DNA of 63,006 nt, the filler included, from Octopus bimaculoides (Eukaryota): assembly GCF_001194135.2 (NCBI RefSeq). It is 5 parts of 5 records of this genome, joined end to end, with 100 filler letters (N's around TTAATTAATTAA, not from the genome) between each part and the next. Parts side by side here need not be neighbours in the genome. Positions count along the whole stretch, not along the records: positions 32,298 to 56,342 come from NC_068990.1; 4 more parts are not named here. One strand, given 5' to 3'. The notes under the pieces were generated by a model. The model did not search any database, was not told the origin of the DNA, and worked only from the letters and a program-made list of their open reading frames with translations. This document shows, piece after piece, positions 38,801 to 50,350 of the stretch. A program made the translations under genes and the position numbers. Each line of letters opens with the position of its first letter. The first letter of the stretch is position 1.

Positions 38801-38945
38801 GTTAAATGGGTGACATATGGTGATGACTCACGAATTAGTGATTTGACATATTCTGAAAATAAGCAAGTAGTAACAGCTACATGTGGAGGAAAATGTGGTG
38901 GATGTAAACCTGAAGGCAAGTTTACAGTGCAACTTGGTCCAGATG
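38801..38945 (+). CDS. PAN-PAN-sushi-GON protein, GON domain exon 3 (phase 0-1; terminal exon not identified)
   Basis: ctttag acceptor, G|gtaagt donor. VKWVTYG...VTATCGGKCGGCKP matches the GON C-terminal CGG.CG.C.P motif. Confidence 0.87.
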
Positions 38946-39202
38946 GTAAGTGAAATAATTTCTAATCTATATTTGTTTTTATATCACACATTAACCTCAC
39001 TAACCTCCATGTCAGAGCCAGATTAAAGCCAACTGACACCCTTAGCACTACTGGACATTGGTACTCCTTTAATTATTCTCTGACCATTTCCATAGGCCAG
39101 GGTCTATAACTGTATTAAAAATACTCTGTTTTTGAATTTCATTTAATATAAACAATTTATTTACTTTATGTGTGTGTGTGTGTGTATGTATATGTATATG
39201 TG

Positions 39203-39269
<67 letters not shown>

Positions 39270-39499
39270 AGTATTAGTCAAATACTAGAGTTGATTAAAT
39301 CTAATATACCTCTTCTCACCCTCAAAATTTGTGTACTTTTGTAAATATATGCAATCATATAAAATAATTTAAACTGCTTTCTATCATACATCTTTCCAGA
39401 ACCCTCAACTACTGGTGTGAAAACCTGTGAATTCCTGAGACAAAAACATTGTTCCAAGCCTGCTCGTGCACAGTGAAAAGTACAGAAAATTTTCAAACA

Positions 39500-40085
39500 T
39501 AATGTCTTGTGAAATATGAAATAAAAGTTGATGATTTATGATGTGAAAAATACCTTCAGCTAATGTTTTTTGAAATGTGCAATGCAAAAATTTCATGTCT
39601 GATGAAATGTTAAAAAGTGAAATTTAATAAAAGCTAATTGTTTTTCAAGAAATGAAACATGTAAAAATATATTTTGTGAAATGTAAAATGCTGATGTTAT
39701 GTGAAATTTTATGAGATGTGAAACATCTGAAGTTGTGTAATAAGATGTTTAATGCAAAAATATGCAAGCTCATGAATGTAAGAAAATGATGCATTGTGAA
39801 ATATGATTCATGAGAAGATGTATTGGAAAATGTGATATAAAAGCCTTGTGAAATATGAAATTGGACAAGATATCTTTTAATATCTGAAATGCAAGGGCTT
39901 ATATCAAATGAAATGTTACAAGGTGATGTATTGGAGAAATTCTGAAATGATAAATATTGGAGAATGGTATCTTGTAAAATGTAAAAGATTTTATTGTGAA
40001 ATGTTAAATGCTAAAAAAACAATGTTGTTGCAAAATATGAAATGTGAGATGGTTTGTCTGTAAAATGTGAAATATGAAATGTAAT
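39500..40085 (+). repeat. Cryptic TGTGAAAT/TGAAAT-rich simple sequence
   Basis: Many same-strand TGTGAAAT and ATGAAAT words without a fixed period. Confidence 0.6.
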
Positions 40086-41434
40086 CATACTAACCTCTGA
40101 GAAATATCTGATATATTTTCAAAACGATTTTGAGGTATTTATGCAGGGACACATTTTAAATGCAAGTAATAAGGGTAACTAGAAATGGAACGAGCTTATT
40201 TATGAAGGAAAGTGTATAAACATAACCAAGGTAAATGAGTTCATAAGAATGTCCAAGGTTTGAATATCACATCCTTTGGATGACAACTTCCTCCATAAAA
40301 GAAAAAATACCATTCCTGGGGCTCTCCTCTCTTCAATTATACTATGGTGCAGCACAACAGCTGCAATGGCTGCCATCTCCCTCAAGATTCTTTGCTTGAG
40401 TTCTAAAGCTGTGCAGGGTTTTCTCAACATACTCTCTTTCTGTCAGATAATCCCACAAGAAATAGTCCAATGGAAAGTTCAGAGAGTAATTACTTTTGTT
40501 GGCAACAAAAGCTTTCTCTCTCTGAGTGAAAGGCAGATTGTACGATGCTTGAGCATTGCAAGATAGTGAAAAGTTTTGGGAAGATGAGTTGTTGGGGAGA
40601 AATTTGTGAGGAATAAATTGTGTGCAGGGGCATATGAGCATGGGTAAGTTTGAAAGTAATGAAGCTAACATGTTCTGCAGGTTGTGCACTACCAGTGAGT
40701 GGGTATGTTAAATTGTAAATGTGTTGAAAGAAAAATTGAGCATAAGTGGCATCAGATGTAGTGTTGAAAAGAAAAGACTCCACTTTTTGTTGTTAGGAAG
40801 AGGATGCAGCCATAGAAACCATGCCAAAGCAGACAGTAGAATTTGGTGCAGCCCTCTGGTTTACCAGCTCCTATTAAACTTTCCAATCCATACCAGTATG
40901 GAAAACAAATGTGAAATGATGATGATAATAACGATGATAATGATGATGACGGTATTACAGATCCACTTCAGCTGATTTAGTGTGATGAATATGTATGTAT
41001 GCATGTGTGTGTGTGTGTGTGTGTATGTGTGATTACATAGGTATGATTGGATATGCTTGACAAGTGACAATTAAACCGCATAAGATTTATCTCTAATCCA
41101 AAACACGTTAAACTCTCACTCTCACTTGAACACACCGGTTCGTAATGACATAATACGATGTATATAATTATATATGGTTATAGAGTTCCCAGGTCTGGTA
41201 ATGTCATTACTTAGAGTCCCACCAAATAGTTAAACGATATTTCTGCAAATAATTATCGGACAATCAAAATACATAACTGAACTAATTTATAGCAGTGACC
41301 TTGGAAGTGCCTGCGGGTTGTCATACATAATATAGTGTAGGGGGAATAATTAAATTTTGTTGTTCTTTAGGATCAATAATAAACGTATGCATTGATTTTA
41401 TTTCACTTATTACTATTAAACTAAGTAATCCTTA

Positions 41435-41539
41435 GACCAATTAACTAATCGATTGTTTAATTAATCGAAGGTTCGTCAGAGTCCTTTCATCGAATGATTG
41501 ACCGAATGATTAATCAAACAATTGATTCGTTAATTGGTC
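41435..41539. repeat. Short palindromic (MITE-like) element with 32-bp arms
   Basis: GACCAATTAACTAATCGATTGTTTAATTAATC versus the reverse complement of the right arm: 3 mismatches. A related partial copy lies at about 14040-14160. Confidence 0.7.
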
Positions 41540-42165
41540 AACTAGGAAACTAATAATGATAACAGGAGTGAAATAGAACCAGCGCTCGTAAATGAACAAA
41601 ATTTGTTTCAACATATAATTTCACATCAAAAGTCTTACAAACCAAAAGTAACAAAAGTATCTGACATGACAAAAAAAAATTTTCAAGTCAATGAGTTGCT
41701 TCCCTTAGATCAGTTGAGTAACGAATTTCAGGTTTAATTTATGCAGCAATAAAATTTCCAAATAAAGCAAATAATAAAATCAAGATTACTAATCTCTTGG
41801 TTGATGGTAAGGGAGAAAAGGTTAACAGGAAAAGACGAGATCCATCAGATTTCAAGGGTTGCCTTTGAGATTTATTAATGACTGCAGCAAAGACTCATCT
41901 ATTAAATTCAAATAGGAAATCGACTGGCTTCAGAAATATTCTCGGAATAAAACAATCATCTCCATGCCTAAAAAAGGATGAGGTTGTCACTACTAGACTG
42001 CATTTCATCATGTCTGCTCAGTGAAAGCTAATATGGGATAAACAAGAACATCATACAAACATGCACATGTATCCAGATTCAAGATTCTTGCCTAATACAT
42101 GTGCCGTGAGTGTCTGCTTTAAATACATGTGCCATGAGTGTCTGCTTTAAAGCTGGCACGAAGGA

Positions 42166-42228
<63 letters not shown>

Positions 42229-42420
42229 CACATACATACATACATGCATGCATTCATACATACATTCATATATACATGTATTTTTAAGTATACATATAAA
42301 TGTATGTTTATATGTATGTATACACATACATATTTAAAAACAAAAAATTCACTCATTAGTCCAAAATCAGTGAAGAAGAATAGTGATAGAGGCAAAAAAG
42401 ATGTGCATTTGCCAGGCAAG

Positions 42421-42830
42421 TCATCATCATCATCATCGTTGTTTAATGTCTGCTTTCCATGTTGGCATGGGTTAGACAGTTTGACTGAGGACTGGCGAGC
42501 CAGAAAGCTGCACCAGGCTCCAACCTGATCTGACAAAGTTTCTACAGCTGGATGCCCTTCCTAATGCCAACCACTCGAAGAGTGTAGAGGATGCTTTTAC
42601 GTGCCACCAGCACACGGGCCAGTCAGGCGGTACTGGCAACGACCACGCTTGAATGGTGCTTTTTACATGCCACCTACATGAGAGCCAGTCTGGTGGCACT
42701 GGCAACGACCACACTCAGATGGTGTTTTTAACGTTCCACTGGCACGAGTGCCAATCAGTTGGTACTGTCATCGGCCACATTAGCGATTTTGATTTTGATT
42801 TCACTTGCCTCAATAGGTCTTCGCAAGCAA
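42421..42830 (-). mobile_element. RTE-associated repeat ending in a (CAT)n tail
   Basis: Same terminus as 37793-37920, plus GCTGGATGCCCTTCCTAATGCCAAC and internal repeats of GGTACTGGCAACGACCAC. Confidence 0.7.
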
Positions 42831-43019
42831 AGTTTATTGTTCAGTGAATGAAGGGTACTCATAAGTAGGCTGGTTAAGAAATGATTTCAGAATGGAAGCA
42901 GGAAGAATTAGAAGTGTTGGGAAAAGAAGTAGACAGAAAGGAAATAATGAGAGATATAGAAATATAGAGGTAATAGACTAGGATAGAAAAAGAGAGAGAT
43001 AAAAGGACAATAAAGCAAA

Positions 43020-43430
43020 ACTGATGTCGCAATAAATCAACGAAATTATCAAGGTAAGGAGAGGAAATAGGTGTAAAGGTACAAAATGAGATTAACAGAT
43101 GGAAAAAATTTTCTTCCCATCAACCATGTGAGGTGCTAAGACTGAGTATAGTAGAGGAGAGAATGAGAGATAACTGAAGGTCGAGAAAGGAAGTGATCAG
43201 TGAGAATTGAGTGGGAAGGCAAGGAGGATAATGAGAATGAGAAGTGAAAGTGGTTCCAGGAGGGGATGCAAAGGAAGAGAGGGAGTAATATATGCTGATT
43301 CTGCTCTCATGTTATTACAGCCACTGTGTAGTTCCATGGATAGAGAAATGATGGAGAGCTGAGTGCTAAAAGAATGAAATTCTGGAATGTTTGATTGTAC
43401 AGAATGGGTGTAGGGACAGGGCCTAGCACA
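43020..43430 (-). mobile_element. Decayed L2/Crack-like LINE 3' fragment
   Basis: Purine-rich + strand. The minus strand echoes the SLFY...GC..EL...P...R...HP..V layout also seen at 30650-30780. Confidence 0.4.
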
Positions 43431-43599
43431 CACAAGCATAAACAACATGATTTTATGACATCATCTTTTGTTGTGATTAATGAATCTTCTTAAGCACAGC
43501 AAATTATCAAGCATCCTTTGTAATTTCCATGAGGCTCAGCATCTTGAGATCACCCTTTACGACTTCATCTCATATCATTCTGGACCCCTCTCTTCTACA

Positions 43600-43935
43600 A
43601 GTTCATCTACTTTAAGTGACCAGCACTTTATGCAGCTGTCCTCATGGATACATATCACGTGACCTAAACAGCAGTCTTTTCTCTTGTATGCTACACATGA
43701 TTCCTCTTATGCCTAATTGTTCTCTCAATAATTTAGCCCATTGTCATACATGCACACTGACATTCCACATTTAACAGAGCATACCGGTTTCATTCCTCTC
43801 TAGTCTTTGCATGTCCTTTGCATTCAAGGCCCATGTCTAACTACCATGTAGGACTGCTGTTTACATAGAAGCATCATACAATTCACCTTTCACTCTGAAT
43901 GAGATACATTTTGTTGCCAACAGAGGTAAAAGGTC
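43600..43935 (-). mobile_element. Decayed RTE 3' ORF fragment
   Basis: Reverse complement similar to the RTE segments at 53890-54170 and 55705-55900. Confidence 0.55.
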
Positions 43936-43949
43936 ACCTGTCAGTGACC

Positions 43950-44145
43950 TATCTCTGTGGTGTTGGAGACGTTTGGAGGGGCTGGGCTGCTAATGGTGAA
44001 GTTCTTGTCATCGTTGGCAGCTCACCTTACCGAAGTGTTAGATGATGCCCATGAGGATGCTTGGCTGTTCCAACATCTTAGCCTTACTATTGCCCATGGT
44101 AATGCCATGAGCATGTTGGCTTGCTTCAGAAGGTTTTGTTGAACC
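43950..44145 (+). mobile_element. CRE-like RLE LINE C-terminal fragment
   Basis: VLETFGGAG...KFLSSLA..L...HEDAWLFQHLSLTIAHGNAMSML fits the ET.G..G...FL..L...WL.QRLS.AI.RGNA pattern. Confidence 0.6.
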
Positions 44146-45016
44146 TTGAGGTGTGTGGTAAACTGAGGCACTTGGTGTTGAATTGACGTGTTCTTTCTTT
44201 CTTTGCTACTCTTTTCCCATTTTTGATTTTGGACATGCAAATGATTATAAAGAAAAAAAAATAATAATAATTGTGCTTCGGGTTTCGGATTTGGATTTTA
44301 ATGTGGCATATTCATGTAATTAAATATGTTGTAAATGAAATCGCAAAAGTGTTTTGTTTTATAAACTCGCTCGTTACTGTTTAGCATGTAAAAAAACTTA
44401 AAAGGTTCTATATTCGGAAAAAACAGACAATTCAGATCAAAGTTGCGTATTGGGTTGCCTCAAAAAATGATAAGAGAGGAACACCTGTACTCTCAGGTAC
44501 CGTGTATAATTGAGTATGCAGGCTTTTTTTTCTTTTTCTCGCTCTCTTATACTCATTTTCATTGCTATTTCCATTTATTATTGTAAACTGTTATCTTTTG
44601 CAGTTCTTAATCAAAATCAAAGAAATAACATATAATGAACTATTGTATATCACTAAATGACACAAAGCAAATATTATTTATTACTCTTCTAATAATTGGA
44701 ATTTATTTCATTTTCAGTAAATCTTATAAAAATAACACCTCGAGTCAAGCAGTTAGTTTTCAATAACTTCTACACAATTCATGAATTCGTCTTTCGTTTA
44801 CATAATCCGCAGTTAATAATCATTGATACAAGAGAAAAAAATTAAAGAATATTATATTACCATAAAGATATTGCATTATTATTACTATAAATTAGATTTA
44901 TAATTACACTAATTTTGAATATAATACGTAAATGTTATGGATGTATGTTAAAATATTCAGTGCGGATCTAATTTGGGCGACCTTAGAAAGGGCGTCTGGA
45001 GATTTACATCGTTGTG

Positions 45017-45068
45017 ATGGCTGCATCTCTCCGGTCTCTGTCGTCGGCTGCAGTGTCAGCCAGACAGG
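45017..45068 (+). CDS. NDUFV1: NADH:ubiquinone oxidoreductase 51-kDa flavoprotein, coding exon 1 (transit peptide)
   Basis: ATG then MAASLRSLSSAAVSARQ (Arg/Ser/Ala-rich, no acidic residues); donor G|gtatgt; phase-compatible with exon 2. Confidence 0.75.
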
Positions 45069-46071
45069 GTATGTATACATACATTCTTATTTCATGTATT
45101 TCACTCTAAATCTCCCGGATCTTTTGTAATTACTACCCGTTTGAATCCTGCGACCATTGACATTGTCGAGGTCGTCAAAATAATCTTTTCTACTTTAGGC
45201 ACACGACCTGCTCCTGAGAGCAAGAGAATAATTCCTCGCTGGTCGTGTTCCCCATTTTCGGTTTCAATCCCCGGTTCATTCCATTTAATTTTACACCTTA
45301 TTTATATTGTTAATAGTATAACACCTAGAAAAGCACGAACGTCGCACAATTTCATTTCCATCTTCTTGCTTTATATAACAAATTATGATTTCATCTCTTT
45401 AAGGACTCAATTAACTGAGATCGATCAGCCAAATACCAGTCAAATACCGATAGATTGAAATCAGTTTTATGTAACTTAATCATCTCTATCGTCCATAGAG
45501 AAATACCAATTTTATTTTATGTGAGTAGGGAAAACAAACATGCTGAAGGAAATCAAGAGCATATATTTACCTGGACGGGTGTCGTTCTGTTATATAATTA
45601 GACCTTGAAACTAAGCAAGCGCAGAAAGTAAACATACATCGTAATAAAAAGAAATAATATATTTCATAATCAAATGGCATCTTAATATTTCAATTTGGAA
45701 ATGAAGCACCCTGCAAGATACGTAAAGAACCTTGCGTTTTTGTTGTTTTGAGGATCCAAAACTTAAAATATACCTAACTTTGTTGTCTTCGAGATTCCCA
45801 CTCCGTTTAAACCATATTATCATTTAATTTCTTCTTTCAAATGTTATTCCTGTATTCTCGTGTAGTTTCTTCATATTTAATTTGAGAATAGGGCATTTGT
45901 TATCCTTCCATAACGTATGCTATTTTGACAGCATTTCCATGATGTACTAATCCTCCATTCGGAGAACATACACACACGCTGGAGTTTGTAACTAAATAAA
46001 ACTTTTTAATTTCATCTTCCCACCATCATCACCATCATTTAGTGTCCGTTTTCATACTGGCATGGGTTAGA

Positions 46072-46120
<49 letters not shown>

Positions 46121-46121
<1 letters not shown>

Positions 46122-46258
46122 TTTATTTAAAAGCAGCAGAAATATAACAAAAGGTATTACTCAGAGTTTCGCGTTCCCGATCGTCGGACAGATTTGTTAA
46201 CAAATCGTGAAACTCTAAGTAACAGCTTTTGTTATATTTCTGCTGCTCTTAAATAAAG
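46121..46258. repeat. 53-bp inverted repeat in a Penelope-type terminal repeat, with a degenerate hammerhead on the minus strand
   Basis: Arms 46121-46173 and 46206-46258, 5 mismatches. Minus strand CCGACGA...GAAACUCUGAGUA. Confidence 0.7.
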
Positions 46259-46355
46259 CATATTACTCTACCTCTGGTATTTGAGTACCCCTTTTTCCAC
46301 CTTGTTTCACATTTATGTGCTTACTCCGTTCTGTATATATATATATATATATCTC

Positions 46356-46618
46356 GAAGTGTACAGTATTATATATCCATTACGGCTGATCTTACCGATT
46401 GGTTTTGCACTAGGGGTTCAACGGAGTGTTAGATAACAGCCTGATTATGTAACCCTGTGCTTTCCAGAGATGGTGGTTATGGAATGCATATATTTATTCC
46501 ATTACTCTGAAGAGCATGGGGTTACATAATCGGTCTGTTATCTAACACTCTGTTGAACCTCTATTATGAAATTGATTGGTATGATTTGCTGTAATGAATA
46601 TATAATATTGTGCACTTC
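46356..46618. repeat. Fold-back element with 114-bp arms in NDUFV1 intron 1
   Basis: Arms 46356-46469 and 46505-46618 align without gaps, 91 of 114 identical. Inner ATGGAAT/ATTCCAT stem. Confidence 0.9.
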
Positions 46619-47203
46619 AATTAATATACCACTCTATTGACAAATATAGGAGTGCATATTTTTTCTGCCTCATGAATTTTTAGGCAGCTAGTGCAGCCCC
46701 TCAGCTTACCAGCCCTGGTCAAACCATCCAGCATGGACAATGGACGCTAAATGAAGATGATATATTTGCCTTTCTTTTGGTATTAATACATGAAGTACCA
46801 GTTGAGGGCAATGAATTGATGAAATTGTTCAAGCAAAAGATGGGTTGCATTGAGGTATCTTTTCTGGCTTCTTACTTTCTGACAGTAACACCTGTATGGA
46901 AACTGGATGTGAATGATGATGATACTCCTATTATTTTCCTTCTATGCCTTTAATCTGTCTGTTTGCTTTGACTATTGCATTAAATTACTCCCTGTTGCCT
47001 TTTGTCACATTCCTATTTCAATTTGACCAGCTAAGTTGTTTGTTCTCTTCATTTAGTCTTCAAATTCCAATTTCACCTGATTATAAAACACAAAAACTTC
47101 AACTTTGTCTCATTTGTCTGAGAGTAAGGCAAGCAAAGGCAACAAACACTTCCTTGCCATCTCTGACGAAATTATTAACAAATGTGTTTCTTTCTCTTTC
47201 CAG

Positions 47204-47268
47204 TCCAACTCACCAAAGCTGCTGTTGGTTACTCAGTTGTTAGAAATCAGACAACTAATTCCAAAAAG
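47204..47268 (+). CDS. NDUFV1: NDUFV1 coding exon 2
   Basis: ctctttccag acceptor, AAG|gtaatg donor. VQLTKAAVGYSVVRNQTTNSKK bridges phase 1 to phase 0. Confidence 0.78.
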
Positions 47269-48343
47269 GTAATGTTGAATTTACCTGATCTAGTCAAACA
47301 AAAGACTCAATATGCTCATTAAAATGGGTACAATATCAATTATCAAACTAGAGTTATGTTCTCTATAGTGTTTCCAACATCCAGTGACTCAAATCCACCT
47401 GCCTTCTCCATTGTAAACAACACCAAAACCAAATGTTTACATACGAAGAGACTTAACAATTAAACAAATGCAATATGCCCCATTTTGCTTCCCAGCACCT
47501 TATAAGTAAATATCTCTATGTCTGAGGGACTTCTGCGGGTGTGCTTAGATTCAGTTAGTTAGTTTGAAGTGGACGAGATATTATCATGATTAAAAAATTT
47601 TAAAAAAAGCAGGGTAACAACTCTGAAATTTAAATTATGAAAATTTATTCTATCCAAATACATGACAAAATGTCTGTAACATATATGGAATTCAAGACCT
47701 ATGAACTGGTTGTCCAATACATTATATGTCGCAAACTACTACATAACAGTGTGCAGCATAGTCCCAGGTGGGTGCAAGATCTAGGTATTGTTCTTAAGTG
47801 TTTGATTGACAACCTGTTTCTGTAGGTCTGTGTATGCGAACCCAAGTGAGGCCTTTCACAACCCTAACACTTACAATTGCTATGACATCACAACCATCAT
47901 CAAGTCAAATATTTGAAGAAACATTAGAATTAGAAATATCTGTAATTGGGTCATATGTTTATGACAAAAATGTGTTTTTGTCAGTTCACAGTAAAGAGGA
48001 CTAAAGATGCCAATTAAATTCCATATTTTAAATAGCCAATATGCCTCTACCAAAATAAAGTAGATCATTATCATTTTATATTAACTTTATACTATATTGG
48101 TATCAGTTGATCAGGCTTTTAGAAGTTGATTTATGGTTTGATATCCTTCCTGTTACCAATGCATTTGGTGGTAAAACTCCACCCTAAACTATCTTTAAAT
48201 TGTTAAGTAATATGTGGAATTATTTCTAACCACAACAGAACTATTTAAAACTCTAGTTTCATAATTTTTCATGTTTTTCTTTTTGTCTATTATAATGTTT
48301 GTATGATTGGATACACTAATTATATTTTTATTTCTACCTTCAG

Positions 48344-48433
48344 AATGTTTATGGACCTTTAAAAGATGAGGACCGTATTTTTACCAACTTGTATGGTCGT
48401 CATGATTTCCGCTTAAAAGGCGCTTTAGCTAGG
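48344..48433 (+). CDS. NDUFV1: NDUFV1 coding exon 3
   Basis: [30 protein letters not shown]; canonical splice sites. Confidence 0.96.
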
Positions 48434-48686
48434 GTAAGTCTTGTTATTTTCACCTAAGATTGTGTTGTAGAAAGTAGAAGTCCCATATTACACTTATCAG
48501 TAATACAATGGTGACATTGGAATTTTGCCTGAGAGAGTTTAGCAGTTAAGCAAGTTGAATCTTTTTCCTTGACGTAATGCTGTACCTTTCTTTCAATCAC
48601 TCTTTCAAAGCAGAATTTTGGAATAGAAAAAGTTCTGTTATGGAATCCTATTGTTGTTAATGTTATTGTTTTATGTCTTTTTGTAG

Positions 48687-48835
48687 GGTGACTGGTATAA
48701 GACTAAAGAAATTATTCTGAAAGGACATGAATGGATCCTGAAAGAAACTGTCACATCTGGCTTAAGAGGCCGTGGTGGAGCTGGTTTCCCAACTGGAATG
48801 AAATGGGGTTTCATGAATAAACCATCAGATGGGAG
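48687..48835 (+). CDS. NDUFV1: NDUFV1 coding exon 4
   Basis: [13 protein letters not shown]...[27 protein letters not shown] (FMN/NADH glycine-rich loop). Confidence 0.97.
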
Positions 48836-49220
48836 GTAAGACGTTTTATTTTTTCAGCTGCCCTTTTGTTTATTTCCAAATTTCATTTGTCTTACTGGAC
48901 ATCATTTGTTTATGAACCATAAGGACTTGGCACTCTATACAAACTGAATATCTCTAACGCTGTACTGGCAGACATAAAGCATTTATTTGCAAACAGATGC
49001 CTTGGAAAAGTACAGTAATGTTGACAAGGAATACTTTTTTGTGACACTTTTTCATGCAAGGTCACATGTTTTCTATCCTAGCTTCAGGTTGATCAGTGTC
49101 TTGTGAAAGCAATTTGGAATTTGGTGGGTTATTTAGCTATTTTGTAAACTCACTGGTATTCGAAGTGTCCATACTTTAACATACAGTAACAGCATGATGT
49201 TTTGTTTGCTTTCATTACAG

Positions 49221-49354
49221 ACCTAAATATCTTGTGGTTAATGCAGATGAAGGTGAGCCAGGAACCTGTAAAGACAGAGAAATCATCCGATGTGACCCTC
49301 ATAAACTTATTGAAGGTTGTTTGGTAGCTGGTCGAGCCATGGGCGCGAGAGCAG
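49221..49354 (+). CDS. NDUFV1: NDUFV1 coding exon 5
   Basis: [44 protein letters not shown]. Confidence 0.97.
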
Positions 49355-49682
49355 GTTGGTTATTATTTTCAGAAATTACTATATTTATCGATGTAAGATA
49401 TTATCATTGTTGTTTTATAGGGTGGTGGCTATCAAAATCGGTTATTACATCTGCATTCAAATCAAGGTCAATTTTACTTTCGAGGGACAGCAAATTGTAA
49501 GTTGAAGAGGGCATTATGATTAGGATGTTTAGTAACTGTCATGTTTTGGAGAAGAATATAGTTTGGGGAGAGGGATTAGTGTTTTAATTGTGTACCTTAG
49601 GTTCATAAGAAGTATTGTTTTAGAAAATGTACTTCTGGTATGTGAAAAAGATTGCTTTGCAGTTATATAGTATTTTTCAATG

Positions 49683-50110
49683 ACTATGAGCAGTTCCCAT
49701 GAGTACTGTTTCCTGGATTTCTTCCATTTTTGAATCCCCTGGGATTTGAGATAGGTAATAGGTTCTGTTTCCCATGAGTACTGTTTCCTTTGCTATTATT
49801 TCTAGGGCACCTACAATTGTGAATATTGTTTTAGTCTTAAGTTTCCACATTTTGCCAATTTCTATTTCAAGATCTTTGTACCTGCTCAACTTTTGATAGA
49901 TTTTGACAGATACACTTATATCAATCAGGGCAGTCATATCGATGAAGAGGCATGATTTTCATCTGAAATCCTTCCATATGACAGCTGGCCTATTTGCATC
50001 TATCTTTCTGTCAGTTTGGACTGAAAAGTTCCATAGGAGTGAGATATGATCTTTTTCAGCACTGAAGGTAGTTTGTGTGTCCCACCAGTTTTTATGATGG
50101 GATACGTCAT
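49683..50110 (-). mobile_element. R4/Dong-like RLE 3' fragment in NDUFV1 intron 5
   Basis: LLWNFSVQTDRKIDANRPAV...LIDISV...KLSRYKDLEIEIGKMWKLKT...IVGAL. Local 19-bp duplication CCCATGAGTACTGTTTCCT. Confidence 0.8.
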
Positions 50111-50285
50111 TGATACTAGGCTGTTATGATAAACCCTTCTGTTTCTGATTGACTACTCTTAAAACTGCTAGCCTTGTGCCTAAATAAGAAACTATTATTA
50201 TTATCATCATCGTTATCATCTACACTTTCTTTGCTCTAAAGAATTACTGTATAGTTAATCAAGAATTTACCTTGTTATCTTTTAG

Positions 50286-50350
50286 CCTACATCTATATTC
50301 GTGGAGAATTTTATAATGAAGCTTCTAACTTGCAGATTGCCATTAATGAA
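50286..50350 (+). CDS. NDUFV1: NDUFV1 coding exon 6
   Basis: AYIYIRGEFYNEASNLQIAINE; phase 1-0. Confidence 0.96.

Noticed and set aside
39590-39640. CTGATGA...GAAA as another hammerhead (also 37460)
   Set aside because: No helix II or III pairing and no NUH site in the right place.
44604-44850. Candidate terminal exons of the GON gene after acceptors at 44603 and 44717 (also 41370)
   Set aside because: Short featureless peptides; they cannot be distinguished from each other or from NDUFV1 5' UTR exons without RNA data.
45199-45290. Alternative NDUFV1 exon 2 (GTRPAPESKRIIPRW...)
   Set aside because: No good donor; 47204-47268 gives the correct phase and a transit-peptide-like sequence.
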